This document shows positions 18,961 to 29,228 of a DNA stretch of 64,000 nt, one piece after another; the stretch's first letter is position 1, and every line of letters starts with the position of its first letter. The stretch comes from a virus. Where the stretch lies: IMG/VR virus record IMGVR_UViG_3300033553_000338, positions 93,881 through 157,880 of that record; one strand, written 5' to 3'. The position numbers and the translations under genes were made by a program. The notes beneath the pieces are model-generated. The model had not been told where the DNA came from and did no database searches. It saw nothing but the letters and a program-made list of their open reading frames with translations.

Positions 18961-19885
18961 AAAGTTGGTTGATGTCTACCAAATGATTACGGACATGATC
19001 ATTGAACAGCTCGAAAAAGGAACTGTGCCTTGGGCTCGTCCGTGGAATGGCCCGGGAGGATTTCCCAAAAACCTGATTTCGGGAAGAGGGTATCGTGGGA
19101 TCAACCTGTTTGTACTGGGGCATTTTGCCTCTGTGTACGGGAGTCCTTATTTCTTAACCTTCAACCAGGCCAAGCGTCTGGGTGGGAATGTAAAGAAAGG
19201 ATCCAAAGGAATTCCGGTGGTCTACTGGAAATTTCTCATCTATAAAGATAAGAATGGGGATGATGATGCTGATGGCAAAACGATTCCCATGCTGAAACAC
19301 TTTACGGTGTTTAACCTGAACCAGGTGGAGAATATGCCTGAGAAGTACCTACCCAAGGAAGAGGAAGAAAGCACCATTGTATTCAATCCAATCGCAGTAG
19401 CAGAGGATTTTGTCAATGGATGGACGGACTGCCCCGAGATCCGGCACGGAGGCAATAGAGCGTATTACTCCGCTGCCAATTATGTGCAGATGCCTGACCA
19501 GGAATCTTTTAAAGCTTCCGAAAGGTACTACAGCACACTTTTTCACGAGCTGGTCCATGCTACCGGGCATTCTGACCATCTGGGCAGACATGCTATGCAA
19601 GCCAGTCACCAATTTGGCTCCAAGGATTATTCATTCGAAGAGCTTGTGGCCGAGATGGGATCAGGTTATGTAGCTGGCTTGTTGGGGATTGACAATGATA
19701 TTGAGCAGTCTGCTTCTTATATCAATGGATGGTTAAAAACATTCAAAGCGGATAAGAAAGTCTTGATGAAAGCAGCTACCCAGTCCCAAAAGGCTGTGGA
19801 GTATATGGTGGATCACCAGAAAAACCCGGAGCTGTTTAAGGAATTGTTTAACATGGACATTGAAGAAATGGAGGAAGTAAAGTGA
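18947..19885 (+). CDS. ardC: ArdC-family antirestriction protein (ssDNA-binding + zincin MPTase domain)
   Basis: ITDMIIEQLEKGTVPWARPW, YRGIN, TFNQA, VFNLNQ, HELVHATGH, EELVAEMGS, SASYINGW. Confidence 0.92.
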   Translation: MSKTRKLVDVYQMITDMIIEQLEKGTVPWARPWNGPGGFPKNLISGRGYRGINLFVLGHFASVYGSPYFLTFNQAKRLGGNVKKGSKGIPVVYWKFLIYKDKNGDDDADGKTIPMLKHFTVFNLNQVENMPEKYLPKEEEESTIVFNPIAVAEDFVNGWTDCPEIRHGGNRAYYSAANYVQMPDQESFKASERYYSTLFHELVHATGHSDHLGRHAMQASHQFGSKDYSFEELVAEMGSGYVAGLLGIDNDIEQSASYINGWLKTFKADKKVLMKAATQSQKAVEYMVDHQKNPELFKELFNMDIEEMEEVK

Positions 19886-20310
19886 ATGTAATATCATTAA
19901 ATAAAGACCCGGAACGGGAAGAGGAAAGTTTATTGAACTCACTGGTTCCAATAGACCTGGTGGTTGTCAGAGACTGTAGTCTGATTTCAATTACCCCGAT
20001 GTATAAACGCAAAAAACAAGGAGATCCTATCGTGATTCCTGTGGAGAATGCCAGAGCATTGGCCAGAGCACTGGAGCTTGCCGTGGATCCTAACCAAAGG
20101 ATGTATGAAAAAGCGGGTATGTTTCTCTGTGAACCAGACGATCCGGATAACCCTGACTTTACACTTCGGGATGTTGTGGACCGTATCATTGATTTCGATG
20201 GGGACGGGGAAACCCCAATTGAAAATATCGATGGGGTGGTTCTATGGGAAAAAATGTCCAGTAATATTACAGTTGATGAATTTCTGGAGATGATTGAGTA
20301 TGGAAGTTAA
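19882..20310 (+). CDS. hypothetical protein
   Basis: GTGA overlap, acidic 142 aa. Confidence 0.6.
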   Translation: MNVISLNKDPEREEESLLNSLVPIDLVVVRDCSLISITPMYKRKKQGDPIVIPVENARALARALELAVDPNQRMYEKAGMFLCEPDDPDNPDFTLRDVVDRIIDFDGDGETPIENIDGVVLWEKMSSNITVDEFLEMIEYGS

Positions 20311-21673
20311 ACTAACCAATGACCAGGCAGTAGCCAAAAAGGAAGTTGTTAACTTCCTGAGGAGTAAGGATATCAATAAGATTGAACGTACTCTGATTGG
20401 ATATGCCGGTACCGGAAAGACTTTCCTGATCAATGATATCCTTAAAGAGTTCAATCACCTGCGGGTAGCAGCAGCTACGATCAGTCACTCTGCAAAGAAC
20501 ATTCTCAAAGAGCATGTCGGACCCCATGTGGATTGTTATACGATTGCTCAGCTACTGGGCCTTCGTCAGACATACCGATATGGGAAGGAGGTATTTGTGC
20601 AGCAGCAGGGGATTGATATGACACGGCTCCCCATTTACAACGCAAACATCCTGATCATCGATGAGTGTTCCATGATTGATGAGGAGTTCCATCAAATGAT
20701 CCTAAATGCGATTCCCCCGGATGGGGAGATGAAAATTCTTTACTCCGGGGATTCTGCCCAGTTGCCTCCCGTGAATGAAGACCGGTCTGGGAAAATTGAG
20801 ATATCCCCAACATTTAAAATAGCGGATGTCTCAGAACTTCGTGAGATTGTCCGGTATGGGGAAATTATTGGAACGGTTGCTAAATTTTACAGGGAGCTGA
20901 TTGAATACCTGGATAAACGGGGTAATCCCCAGCTGGCCCTTCAGCAGATACACTCCTTCTACCCCAATTGGAATAATGGATCGGAGAGTATTGTGTACAC
21001 CAATAATTCCAGGTGGTTTTTGGAACAGGCTATCCACGATTTTTCAGAGGATACACTAGGTACCCGGATCATCACGTATCGGAATGAGACCATCGATGTG
21101 AACAACAAGGTCATCCGGGAATACTTTTATGCTGAGGATATCCCCTATGCTGTAGGTGAAGTTCTGATCCTCAATAGGCCTTTCAAACTGGCCGGAAGAG
21201 GGATGCCCAATGGTACGGTATTTCAGATTAGCCAGGTGCATGAGAATTTTACGATCATCCCCAATATTGAGCCTTTACGTGGAGAGAAGAATGAAAAAGT
21301 TATCATTCCATCTTACCATGTCTGGGGGAACATCGTCAACCTGACAACCTTGGAAGCTGGGGAACCTTTTGAGTTCAACGCCATGCATCCAAATGGCAGG
21401 GAGTACTATGATGCCTTGATGGATGAGTACAAACACCGGGCAAAAATCAGTGGCTCCTACTACAATGATATTTCGACATTGAGGGGAGCATTTATTGATG
21501 CCAATCGCTTTTACTGTGTGTCAGCCTATAAATCCCAGGGGCAGAGTATTCGAAACACCTATGTGATGTTATCAGACATCATGGACGTTCACAATCTGGA
21601 TGTTGCAACCAAGCTGCGAAGCCTATATGTTGCAGTCACCAGGGCTAAGAAAAAATGTATCGTACTAATCTAA
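20300..21673 (+). CDS. dda: Dda/RecD-like SF1B DNA helicase
   Basis: GYAGTGKT, IIDECSM, GDSAQLPPV, KSQGQS, YVAVTRAK. Confidence 0.9.
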   Translation: MEVKLTNDQAVAKKEVVNFLRSKDINKIERTLIGYAGTGKTFLINDILKEFNHLRVAAATISHSAKNILKEHVGPHVDCYTIAQLLGLRQTYRYGKEVFVQQQGIDMTRLPIYNANILIIDECSMIDEEFHQMILNAIPPDGEMKILYSGDSAQLPPVNEDRSGKIEISPTFKIADVSELREIVRYGEIIGTVAKFYRELIEYLDKRGNPQLALQQIHSFYPNWNNGSESIVYTNNSRWFLEQAIHDFSEDTLGTRIITYRNETIDVNNKVIREYFYAEDIPYAVGEVLILNRPFKLAGRGMPNGTVFQISQVHENFTIIPNIEPLRGEKNEKVIIPSYHVWGNIVNLTTLEAGEPFEFNAMHPNGREYYDALMDEYKHRAKISGSYYNDISTLRGAFIDANRFYCVSAYKSQGQSIRNTYVMLSDIMDVHNLDVATKLRSLYVAVTRAKKKCIVLI

Positions 21674-21677
21674 AACT

Positions 21678-23891
21678 ATGATCTATTTAATTTCAAACCG
21701 GACGTATCCGGTATCTTCAAAGTATCAAATGTGTGCCTTCAGCGACTTTAAGCAGTGGGTATTGCAACAGCAAGGTTATGAACTGGACATTGAGACCAAC
21801 CTGGAGGAAGACATCCTTTTAAAGGAAATTCATGTTATCCAGTTTGGTTCCCTCTGTGGCCAATACCAGTTTGTGCTGGATGTTGAGGGGCTTACCCCGG
21901 AACAACTTGAAGAGCTGAAGGAAGTTCTTAGGAACGACAATCAAACCAAGGTAGGTTTCTATCTCCTGTTTGAGTATTCTGTCATCCTTCAGTGCTGGGG
22001 TGTCCGTATCAACAACCTGTTTGATGTGATGATCATGTTCAAGCTCTTGCTAAATGGGAGAGATCTGGAAGAGAACAATGATTTGAAGTTGGTAGACTGT
22101 TTACGCGAATACCTGGGGATTGAAATCTCTAAGGATGAGCAAACAACATTTACCAAGTTACCCATGTCCGAACGTCAGATTATCTATGCAGCAACGGATG
22201 TGATGCACCTGACCAAGTTGATAAATCTCGCGTATTCCTGGGAGTTGGAAGAGCCTTACTTTGAATGGGACCCCATGCGGAAAGCCTATCAGAATATGGG
22301 CACCCGGAGGTTTAAGCCTGCAGAGGAGATCCATGAATCCATTAAGCTTCGGATGAGGGCCTTACCTGCAATGGGTGAGATTCTGGTTAATCCGTTCAAG
22401 TTCAATAAGGAGACCTGGGATCGAAACATCGTGTGGGCACAAGGAGAAGCTGACAAGGAGTATGCTATTATGGCCGGATACATCCGCGAAAACCTTTGGG
22501 ATGAGTCAGTTGCGCTGGGATTCCTTGTTCCAGAAGATCAGATCACCATCAAGTGGACCTCAACCAAGCAACGAGCTGAGGTCTTGAAGCTCCTTTATCC
22601 GGACCTGAACAACTTCAAAATGCCGGCACTGCGGATCTACGAGAAAACCCTGGGTGAAAAGAACTACCTGAAGTATGTTCTGGACAAACAGTTTTCCGCG
22701 CTGAATGCCAGGCTGATTAGTGAGGTTCCTAACCTTTTCGAAGGTACTCCTTACTTTCAGAAGAAAGGGGAATTACTAATCAACTTCGGCTCACCTCCGC
22801 AACGATTAAAGTTGTTGCAAGTTGAGAACCCGGAATTAACATTCACCAATAAGGAAGCCTTGGAAAAAGTTGAGGGTCCTTTGGTGAATGCCTACAAAAA
22901 CTGGGTTAAGAAAACCAAGCTGGTGTCCAGCTACGGAGAGAATTTCTACAAGTACATCTGTGTGGATGGTAACATCCGTGCCCGTAGCATTGACCCTGTA
23001 CTGGTAACCGGACGAATAGCCATTAAGAAACCTGGGATGCAGACCATTCCAGCAGATGAAGGGTATTACATTGGTGACCGGTACCGGGAAGCTTTTGAAG
23101 CTCCAATTGATGACGAAGGGTACCAGTGGTGGGTGTCTGCCGTGGACTTTGGCTCACAGGAGTTAAATATTATTGCGGACATCTCGGAATGTAATGCCTG
23201 GATCTATGCCAACCAGAATGACCTGGACATCCACTCCATATCTTCGGGACTTATTTTCAAAGATAAGTGGGTAGCCGCTGGGGGAGACCCGGGTGGAGAC
23301 AAGGCCAAGGTAAAGCAGTACAGCATGGATGCCAAGGAAATGCGTGGTAAGTCCAAGACCTGCTCTTTTGGGCTGGCCTTTGGACTGGGAGCTACGGGAG
23401 CTTCAAAAAAGATGGATGTTCCAATCCCTGAGGCTAAGCAGATTATCCATAGTTTCTTCACAGGTTTACCTGAGTTGGACGTTTATTTTGATAAAGCTGC
23501 TAAATTTGGACAGGCTAACGGATGGATCGCAACCATGCCTCCGTTTAATTTCAGAAGGTATTTTCCGGAATGGAATGAGTACCGGATGAGCAACAAGGCC
23601 TTTGGCAGTATTTCCAGGGAGAGTAAAAACTTCCGAATTCAGTCCATGGGTGGGGAACAGAGCTTACAAGCTTTGTACCTGATTTACCAAGCCATCAAAG
23701 AGAGGAATGAATGGGGAAGAGTTAAGATTGTATTCTCACTCCATGATGCCACTCAATGTTTGGTGAGGGATGATTACAAAGAAGAATGGGGGCAGCTCCA
23801 TGTCAAAGCGATGGAAGAAGGGGCAATGATTAACATGAAGCATGTTAAAATCCCCGGGGACCTGACTATGACAAAAACCTGGACTAAGTAG
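21678..23891 (+). CDS. polA: DNA polymerase family A with 3'-5' exonuclease
   Basis: LDIET, YAATDV, TGR, DFGSQEL (motif A), RGKSKTCSFGLAFG (B), NFRIQS, LHDA (C). Confidence 0.92.
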   Translation: MIYLISNRTYPVSSKYQMCAFSDFKQWVLQQQGYELDIETNLEEDILLKEIHVIQFGSLCGQYQFVLDVEGLTPEQLEELKEVLRNDNQTKVGFYLLFEYSVILQCWGVRINNLFDVMIMFKLLLNGRDLEENNDLKLVDCLREYLGIEISKDEQTTFTKLPMSERQIIYAATDVMHLTKLINLAYSWELEEPYFEWDPMRKAYQNMGTRRFKPAEEIHESIKLRMRALPAMGEILVNPFKFNKETWDRNIVWAQGEADKEYAIMAGYIRENLWDESVALGFLVPEDQITIKWTSTKQRAEVLKLLYPDLNNFKMPALRIYEKTLGEKNYLKYVLDKQFSALNARLISEVPNLFEGTPYFQKKGELLINFGSPPQRLKLLQVENPELTFTNKEALEKVEGPLVNAYKNWVKKTKLVSSYGENFYKYICVDGNIRARSIDPVLVTGRIAIKKPGMQTIPADEGYYIGDRYREAFEAPIDDEGYQWWVSAVDFGSQELNIIADISECNAWIYANQNDLDIHSISSGLIFKDKWVAAGGDPGGDKAKVKQYSMDAKEMRGKSKTCSFGLAFGLGATGASKKMDVPIPEAKQIIHSFFTGLPELDVYFDKAAKFGQANGWIATMPPFNFRRYFPEWNEYRMSNKAFGSISRESKNFRIQSMGGEQSLQALYLIYQAIKERNEWGRVKIVFSLHDATQCLVRDDYKEEWGQLHVKAMEEGAMINMKHVKIPGDLTMTKTWTK

Positions 23892-23924
23892 TTTACATTA
23901 ACTCACTTTAATACCATTAAACAC

Positions 23925-24842
23925 ATGTCACGATCAATTAAATTCAAGATTACTCAAGTAGAACCATTCACTAAGGCACAGCTAAGGAGACTGTATAATA
24001 TTTCAGAATTTTTCTCCAGCAGCTTTGAGTGGTCTATTGATAAGTTTTGGGTCGGGCCGGGACCTATTGAACCTGTCCCTATACCTGGGAAGGACCCTAA
24101 GGAAGTAGCATTGACTATTTCCAAATCCATTGAAGCCTTAATGATAACAGGGTCTCACATGATTGATGCCATTGAATCATTGGAGCAGCAGGGAGTTCTA
24201 AAAAGTATTGTTCCGCTTCGATCCAATACCTACATAGGAATATGTAGGGTAGGGGGCAATGAATCCAATGCCCGTCAAGTTGTCAAAGCACTCTCAGAAG
24301 TATCCATCATGTTGAGGGATTCTTGTGTGTTTGTAGAGGATGAGGGGCATTACCTCAAAACGGATATCATCCTGAGGGAGGGTTCGGCTTTGCCAAATCC
24401 TCAATGGATCCGTAAATTAATGAACGAGGTAGGAATATTCCTAACATCTTTTAATCAGGATGTTAGGGTGATGTCCTACTCAAAAACCTTAATGAAATAT
24501 TTTATCCAGGATTGTGAAGTTCGGTTTAAAACTTACCAGCAAGTTCTCGCTTTATTGAATAGAGAGTACGGTATCAGCTTAAAGGCCATGGATGACTACA
24601 AAAACGTGGACACCATTCTTTGGCCAAGCTTCAACATGTTCACCCGATCAATCAAGGTAACTGACTTTGCTGAGTACACACCATCAATGGAAAACCTTAT
24701 CGGGGGATATCTGGGGGAATACTGGGATCTTATTCCTGGGTATGACCCGGAAACCGAAAGCTACAGACTGTTGACGGAGATTCATCAAAAGCTGAAAAAC
24801 CACAATCCTAAGATCAACGTGTTTCGTAGGGTGAGTGATTAA
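23925..24842 (+). CDS. hypothetical protein
   Basis: 305 aa ORF. Confidence 0.75.
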   Translation: MSRSIKFKITQVEPFTKAQLRRLYNISEFFSSSFEWSIDKFWVGPGPIEPVPIPGKDPKEVALTISKSIEALMITGSHMIDAIESLEQQGVLKSIVPLRSNTYIGICRVGGNESNARQVVKALSEVSIMLRDSCVFVEDEGHYLKTDIILREGSALPNPQWIRKLMNEVGIFLTSFNQDVRVMSYSKTLMKYFIQDCEVRFKTYQQVLALLNREYGISLKAMDDYKNVDTILWPSFNMFTRSIKVTDFAEYTPSMENLIGGYLGEYWDLIPGYDPETESYRLLTEIHQKLKNHNPKINVFRRVSD

Positions 24843-24856
24843 CCAAAAATCTTACA

Positions 24857-25420
24857 ATGCAAATAATTAAAGGATTGGCAATCTTATGCCTGGTGTTATC
24901 CACCATAACTGTAAACTCCGGAACTATTGACCGGGATTATAAGTATGAACGGTACCATGAGGCTCAGGAGTATTGTCAAATTGAAGCGTTCCATGACCTT
25001 TTTATCAGTTCAATAGCATACTTAAAGGAGGCCGAAGGTTTTTCTTCAGAGCTTTACCTGTGCCCAGCTGGGCATCTTACTATTGGATACGGTAAAAGTG
25101 TTCAGGACAGCAGTATCAACCATGTCACAGAGGAAGTGGCAGAGGTTATGTTATACCTCCACTTTGAGGATGAAATTCAATACATCGAAAGGGATCTTCA
25201 AATGTCAAGGTATGACTCACCAGGTAAGGTACTCGCATGTGCTTTATTTATTTACAACGTAGGGAGAGGTTCGTGGACAAAGAGTGCTATCAGAAAAAGT
25301 GTAAAACATGATTTGGATATCTCAGGTGAGATTATGAAATGGGTACATATTAAGAAGAAAAAATCAAAAAGTCTTTTGAAAAGAAGGCAATTTGAACTAA
25401 ATTTGTATATCGGTTCTTAA
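24857..25420 (+). CDS. GH24 phage lysozyme with N-terminal signal sequence
   Basis: EGFSSELYLCPAGHLTIGYG (E-8-C-5-T triad), FIYNVG, LLKRRQFE. Confidence 0.88.
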   Translation: MQIIKGLAILCLVLSTITVNSGTIDRDYKYERYHEAQEYCQIEAFHDLFISSIAYLKEAEGFSSELYLCPAGHLTIGYGKSVQDSSINHVTEEVAEVMLYLHFEDEIQYIERDLQMSRYDSPGKVLACALFIYNVGRGSWTKSAIRKSVKHDLDISGEIMKWVHIKKKKSKSLLKRRQFELNLYIGS

Positions 25421-25455
25421 TTTACAGGTATCCAATATTTAAGAGGAAGGATTAT

Positions 25456-25977
25456 ATGAGCAACGTTGTTTATTCGTACAAATTTAATATCCCTCTGGGG
25501 ATCACAGAATTTCTGGGGTACCGGAGTAAGGATCAAATTAAATTTTACACCCTATACTTGGAATCGTTAAGAGATGACCGGCTGGAAGTCGTAATTTTCA
25601 AAAAGCTGTTAAGACGATTAGGTAGTCTGGGGATTATTCAGTTTCGGAAGGTGTCCAGGATCCTAAATATCCTGGAAGAGTATGAAGAGGAGAATATCCC
25701 AATGACCAATGGGTTCCGTACTGTGACGTACAATGACACAACACCGGTAGTTTCTACCAATTTAGTGACTAAAGCCAGAAGGCTTGGGTTACAAGGGGCA
25801 AATTGTCAGTCTTCTTTCCACCACCGTCTCATCAAGCTAATTACTTATCCTGCTGTGCTGATTGACATCAGCCGTACTGTGATGCTGAAATTAGTGACTA
25901 TGGGGGCAATGGATCAAGAGACTTTTAATGAGCTTGATCATGACTTTGTTAATTATCAATTAGAGGAGTTGATATAA
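25456..25977 (+). CDS. hypothetical protein
   Basis: 173 aa ORF. Confidence 0.65.
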   Translation: MSNVVYSYKFNIPLGITEFLGYRSKDQIKFYTLYLESLRDDRLEVVIFKKLLRRLGSLGIIQFRKVSRILNILEEYEEENIPMTNGFRTVTYNDTTPVVSTNLVTKARRLGLQGANCQSSFHHRLIKLITYPAVLIDISRTVMLKLVTMGAMDQETFNELDHDFVNYQLEELI

Positions 25978-25978
25978 C

Positions 25979-27259
25979 ATGGAAAGAGATGAGCTGAGAA
26001 ATTACGTACAGAATTACACCTTGGACCAATGGGTTCTGAACGGTTATCGTGGGTTCGGACTGATTAGTATGGGGGTAGGGAAGTCTCGCATTATGGCGAT
26101 GGCCATTGTCCGCTACCTTCAGGATCATCCGGAATTCGATTATCTGGCCTATGACCATCCTATTGTGATTGTGGTAAACTCTTCGGACCTTCGGGACCGG
26201 GAAATACCTAAAGAGCTTAAGAAGTGGAAGGTTCGGATCAAGGTGAAGATGGTATGTTATCAAACAGCTTATCGATGGAAAAAGAAAATTGGGTTACTCC
26301 TTGCGGATGAAGTTGACTTTGCCTTATCGGAAGGTCAGCGGTACCTTCAAGTCTTTACAAAGTGTACCTATGATGCGTATTTGGCCCTCACAGGCACATT
26401 GGTAGAGAAAAAACAAGACATTCTCACCAGTGTATTTGGCTTACAGCCGTTCGTGCATTTTCCTTTAAGTGAAGCACAGCGGTATGGCCTGATCAATCAA
26501 ACATCAATATGGGTTCATGAAGTTCCTTTAACTCATGAGAAATATCCGGGGGCACCCTACGGAGAAGTAAGTAAGTACAAATGGATCTCTCAAAAGATCC
26601 AGGAGATGAAAGATAATCTTTCAGCCTTCTACGATTACTTGCGTGGCAGTAAATTATCCTATGAGCAGCGGGCCGCTGTCTCGGACAAACTTCAGATCCT
26701 CCGAAATCAAAAGGAGTATTGGGAATCCCGTAAAAGCAATCCGAATAATCGGATGTCAATGATGCACACGGCAAGGTCATTGTCTGACTATGCAAAACTT
26801 TTGAAAGATATGATCCTTGCAAGTTCAATTAACTGTAAGGTGATCGTTTTTGGGGAGCTGACTTCAGAGATTGACAAGATTACCGGGTACGCGTACCATG
26901 GTAAGAAAAGTGACGGAGACATCATTGAGCTATTTAATTCCGGGGAAGTCCGGGAAGTGGGAGTCGTTAGGAAAGTGAACAGGGGAGTTAACTTCGAAGA
27001 CCTAAACAATGCCATCATTCATTCCTACACCTCATCGGTGACGAATGCAGCACAGGCATACATTGGCCGGTTAGTCCGGTTGGATCCTTCAGAAGTTGCA
27101 TCCATTCATTTTTTAGTGAGCTACTACCTGGATGAAGATGGGGAGAAAATTTATTGCCAAAATCATGAGTGGGTTACAGGGATCTTTAACAGTAAAGAAC
27201 TGGAACACCTAACACTTAATTACTTTGATGGAGCAAGCCTCCAGAAAAATTTATCTTAA
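25979..27259 (+). CDS. SF2 (DExD) helicase
   Basis: MGVGKS, LADEVD, LTGT, RGVN, YIGRLVR. Confidence 0.85.
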   Translation: MERDELRNYVQNYTLDQWVLNGYRGFGLISMGVGKSRIMAMAIVRYLQDHPEFDYLAYDHPIVIVVNSSDLRDREIPKELKKWKVRIKVKMVCYQTAYRWKKKIGLLLADEVDFALSEGQRYLQVFTKCTYDAYLALTGTLVEKKQDILTSVFGLQPFVHFPLSEAQRYGLINQTSIWVHEVPLTHEKYPGAPYGEVSKYKWISQKIQEMKDNLSAFYDYLRGSKLSYEQRAAVSDKLQILRNQKEYWESRKSNPNNRMSMMHTARSLSDYAKLLKDMILASSINCKVIVFGELTSEIDKITGYAYHGKKSDGDIIELFNSGEVREVGVVRKVNRGVNFEDLNNAIIHSYTSSVTNAAQAYIGRLVRLDPSEVASIHFLVSYYLDEDGEKIYCQNHEWVTGIFNSKELEHLTLNYFDGASLQKNLS

Positions 27260-27263
27260 AAGT

Positions 27264-28094
27264 ATGGTTTTAGAAGAATTTGTCAAGACTTGTAAGAAGC
27301 TTGGCATCACATTAGACACTGGTTACGTGCTTTATCGCAACTACCAGAATGGCTACGGGCATATTGCTTCACTGGACACCTCGGTATATAATCAATTGAT
27401 TGTTGCTGAGATTATTGTGAATAGCAAATTGTCACGGAACGCCAAGGAGCTTTTTGAGACTGCGGAGAAAGCTTCCGGTGGCGATACCTTTGATAAGTCA
27501 AAAGCAAAGAAGCAAGCCACCGCAAAGATCATTAACCCCATAAAAATCAAGGAGATGAAGCCAAGTCCGTTGCTTGATACTATCGTTGAGGCCTTGTACG
27601 GGATTTTGATTACAGAGGATATCGCGAAATCTGCAGAGCATAAGAAGCTTCAGGACCGACTACATAAAGGGTTCAACAACTGTGGGGAGATCATTAAATT
27701 TTACACCATCTGGCATTATTTATGGCCGGCTCAGAAGGAGTCGTATAACCAGTCGTGGGCAGACCTGTACCAGGTACGTTATGATAATGTTCCCTTACGG
27801 ATTGACACTGAAGGAAAACGGGCAGATTTCAAATACATGGTTGCAAAGCTGGATGCGAGGATCTACCTGTTAACGACCTTCCTCTTCATTAAGAGTGGGG
27901 TTAAGTACGCGGAGAAGAAAACCTTCATCAAAAAGTATGAACGTTTCAAAACAGAACGGGACCATTGGGTTGAGTATACCCTGGGTCTGATCACAGATCA
28001 GGGGGATTCAATCATTAACGTGTTTGACCCTAACTTTAATCTGGCAAACAGCTCTAACGCACAGGAGAGCTACATCTCCGGAATTACAGTTTAA
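27264..28094 (+). CDS. hypothetical protein (replication module)
   Basis: ORF between two helicases. Confidence 0.7.
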   Translation: MVLEEFVKTCKKLGITLDTGYVLYRNYQNGYGHIASLDTSVYNQLIVAEIIVNSKLSRNAKELFETAEKASGGDTFDKSKAKKQATAKIINPIKIKEMKPSPLLDTIVEALYGILITEDIAKSAEHKKLQDRLHKGFNNCGEIIKFYTIWHYLWPAQKESYNQSWADLYQVRYDNVPLRIDTEGKRADFKYMVAKLDARIYLLTTFLFIKSGVKYAEKKTFIKKYERFKTERDHWVEYTLGLITDQGDSIINVFDPNFNLANSSNAQESYISGITV

Positions 28095-28096
28095 CT

Positions 28097-29224
28097 ATGG
28101 TACAATCGCTATTCAAGAAAAATGTAATTGACTGGATCAATCATGCAAAGAACAACCCCGGGATCCCCTTATCCAGGTCCCCCAAGTTACAGAAGTATAT
28201 CAATGCTTTACAACAAGGGAAATCATACCTGGTAGGTGGGAGAGAGTCCGGGGGCAAGCGGTCCTTTGCAGATATGTTCTTTGTGCTGGATGCGTACATC
28301 AATTGGCTGGCCCTGCCTGAAGCAACCCGTCCACCGCTGAAAATCATTTACTTTAACATGGATAAGCCGTTGCACATCAAGATGCAAAAATGGGTTTGCA
28401 CCTGTATGTGGTTCTTCTATGCGGAATTTATTGATATCAATACCTTAACTGGAGGTGCAGGAAGGATTTATGATCTTGATGCAGACACGATCACCAAGAT
28501 TGAGTCTATCCAGTCCATGTTTGATACCATGATCAGCTCCGGTATTCTGAGCATTGTGGACGGACGGAAGCGGCCCATCAGTATTTATTCTGAAATTGTG
28601 GAAACTGTCAAGCCGTATGGAGTCCTGGAACAGACCGATTATGCAGAAGCCAAGTTTGTTTACTCGCAGGGGTATGAGAATATGATTACCCTGGCCATCA
28701 TTGAAAACGTGGATAAACTAAGTAATGAAACAAAGTCCGGAGAAGCAGGAAATGATTTCCAGCTCCACACTTTGATGAGTAGTTACATGGAATCTGTGAA
28801 ACGAGTCTACAAGGTGAGTCCGGTCATTATCATTCCGTCCTTCAAGTTTACAGGAGCAACCCTGAAGAAGGATATGGTACCTGATTACCGGGAGTTTCAG
28901 AATTACTACAGGGATGCGGATGTTGCAATCAATTGCTTCAACCCCTCCATGTACCGAGACATTGGCTCTGACTGGCATGGGTACTCTATTGTGGACCTGA
29001 TCACCAAGCCGGATAACATCGGCAGGTTCCGGACCATCCACATTCTTCGCAACACCAACGGGGTGGATAACATTGTTATCCCTTATCTGTTCTACCCGGA
29101 GAATGGAGTCTTTGAAGAGCTTATTTCTCCCAACGATCCCAGGTACCCAGAGTTCCAGCAAAACTTATCGAAGTTCAAAGTCGATTACATTAATTACAAA
29201 AATTCATTAACCGTAAATTCATAA
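28097..29224 (+). CDS. DnaB-like replicative helicase homolog (degenerate motifs)
   Basis: YLVGGRESGGKRS, YFNMD, RDADV..FNP, ILRNTNG, F.EL. Confidence 0.65.
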   Translation: MVQSLFKKNVIDWINHAKNNPGIPLSRSPKLQKYINALQQGKSYLVGGRESGGKRSFADMFFVLDAYINWLALPEATRPPLKIIYFNMDKPLHIKMQKWVCTCMWFFYAEFIDINTLTGGAGRIYDLDADTITKIESIQSMFDTMISSGILSIVDGRKRPISIYSEIVETVKPYGVLEQTDYAEAKFVYSQGYENMITLAIIENVDKLSNETKSGEAGNDFQLHTLMSSYMESVKRVYKVSPVIIIPSFKFTGATLKKDMVPDYREFQNYYRDADVAINCFNPSMYRDIGSDWHGYSIVDLITKPDNIGRFRTIHILRNTNGVDNIVIPYLFYPENGVFEELISPNDPRYPEFQQNLSKFKVDYINYKNSLTVNS

Positions 29225-29228
29225 TTGA

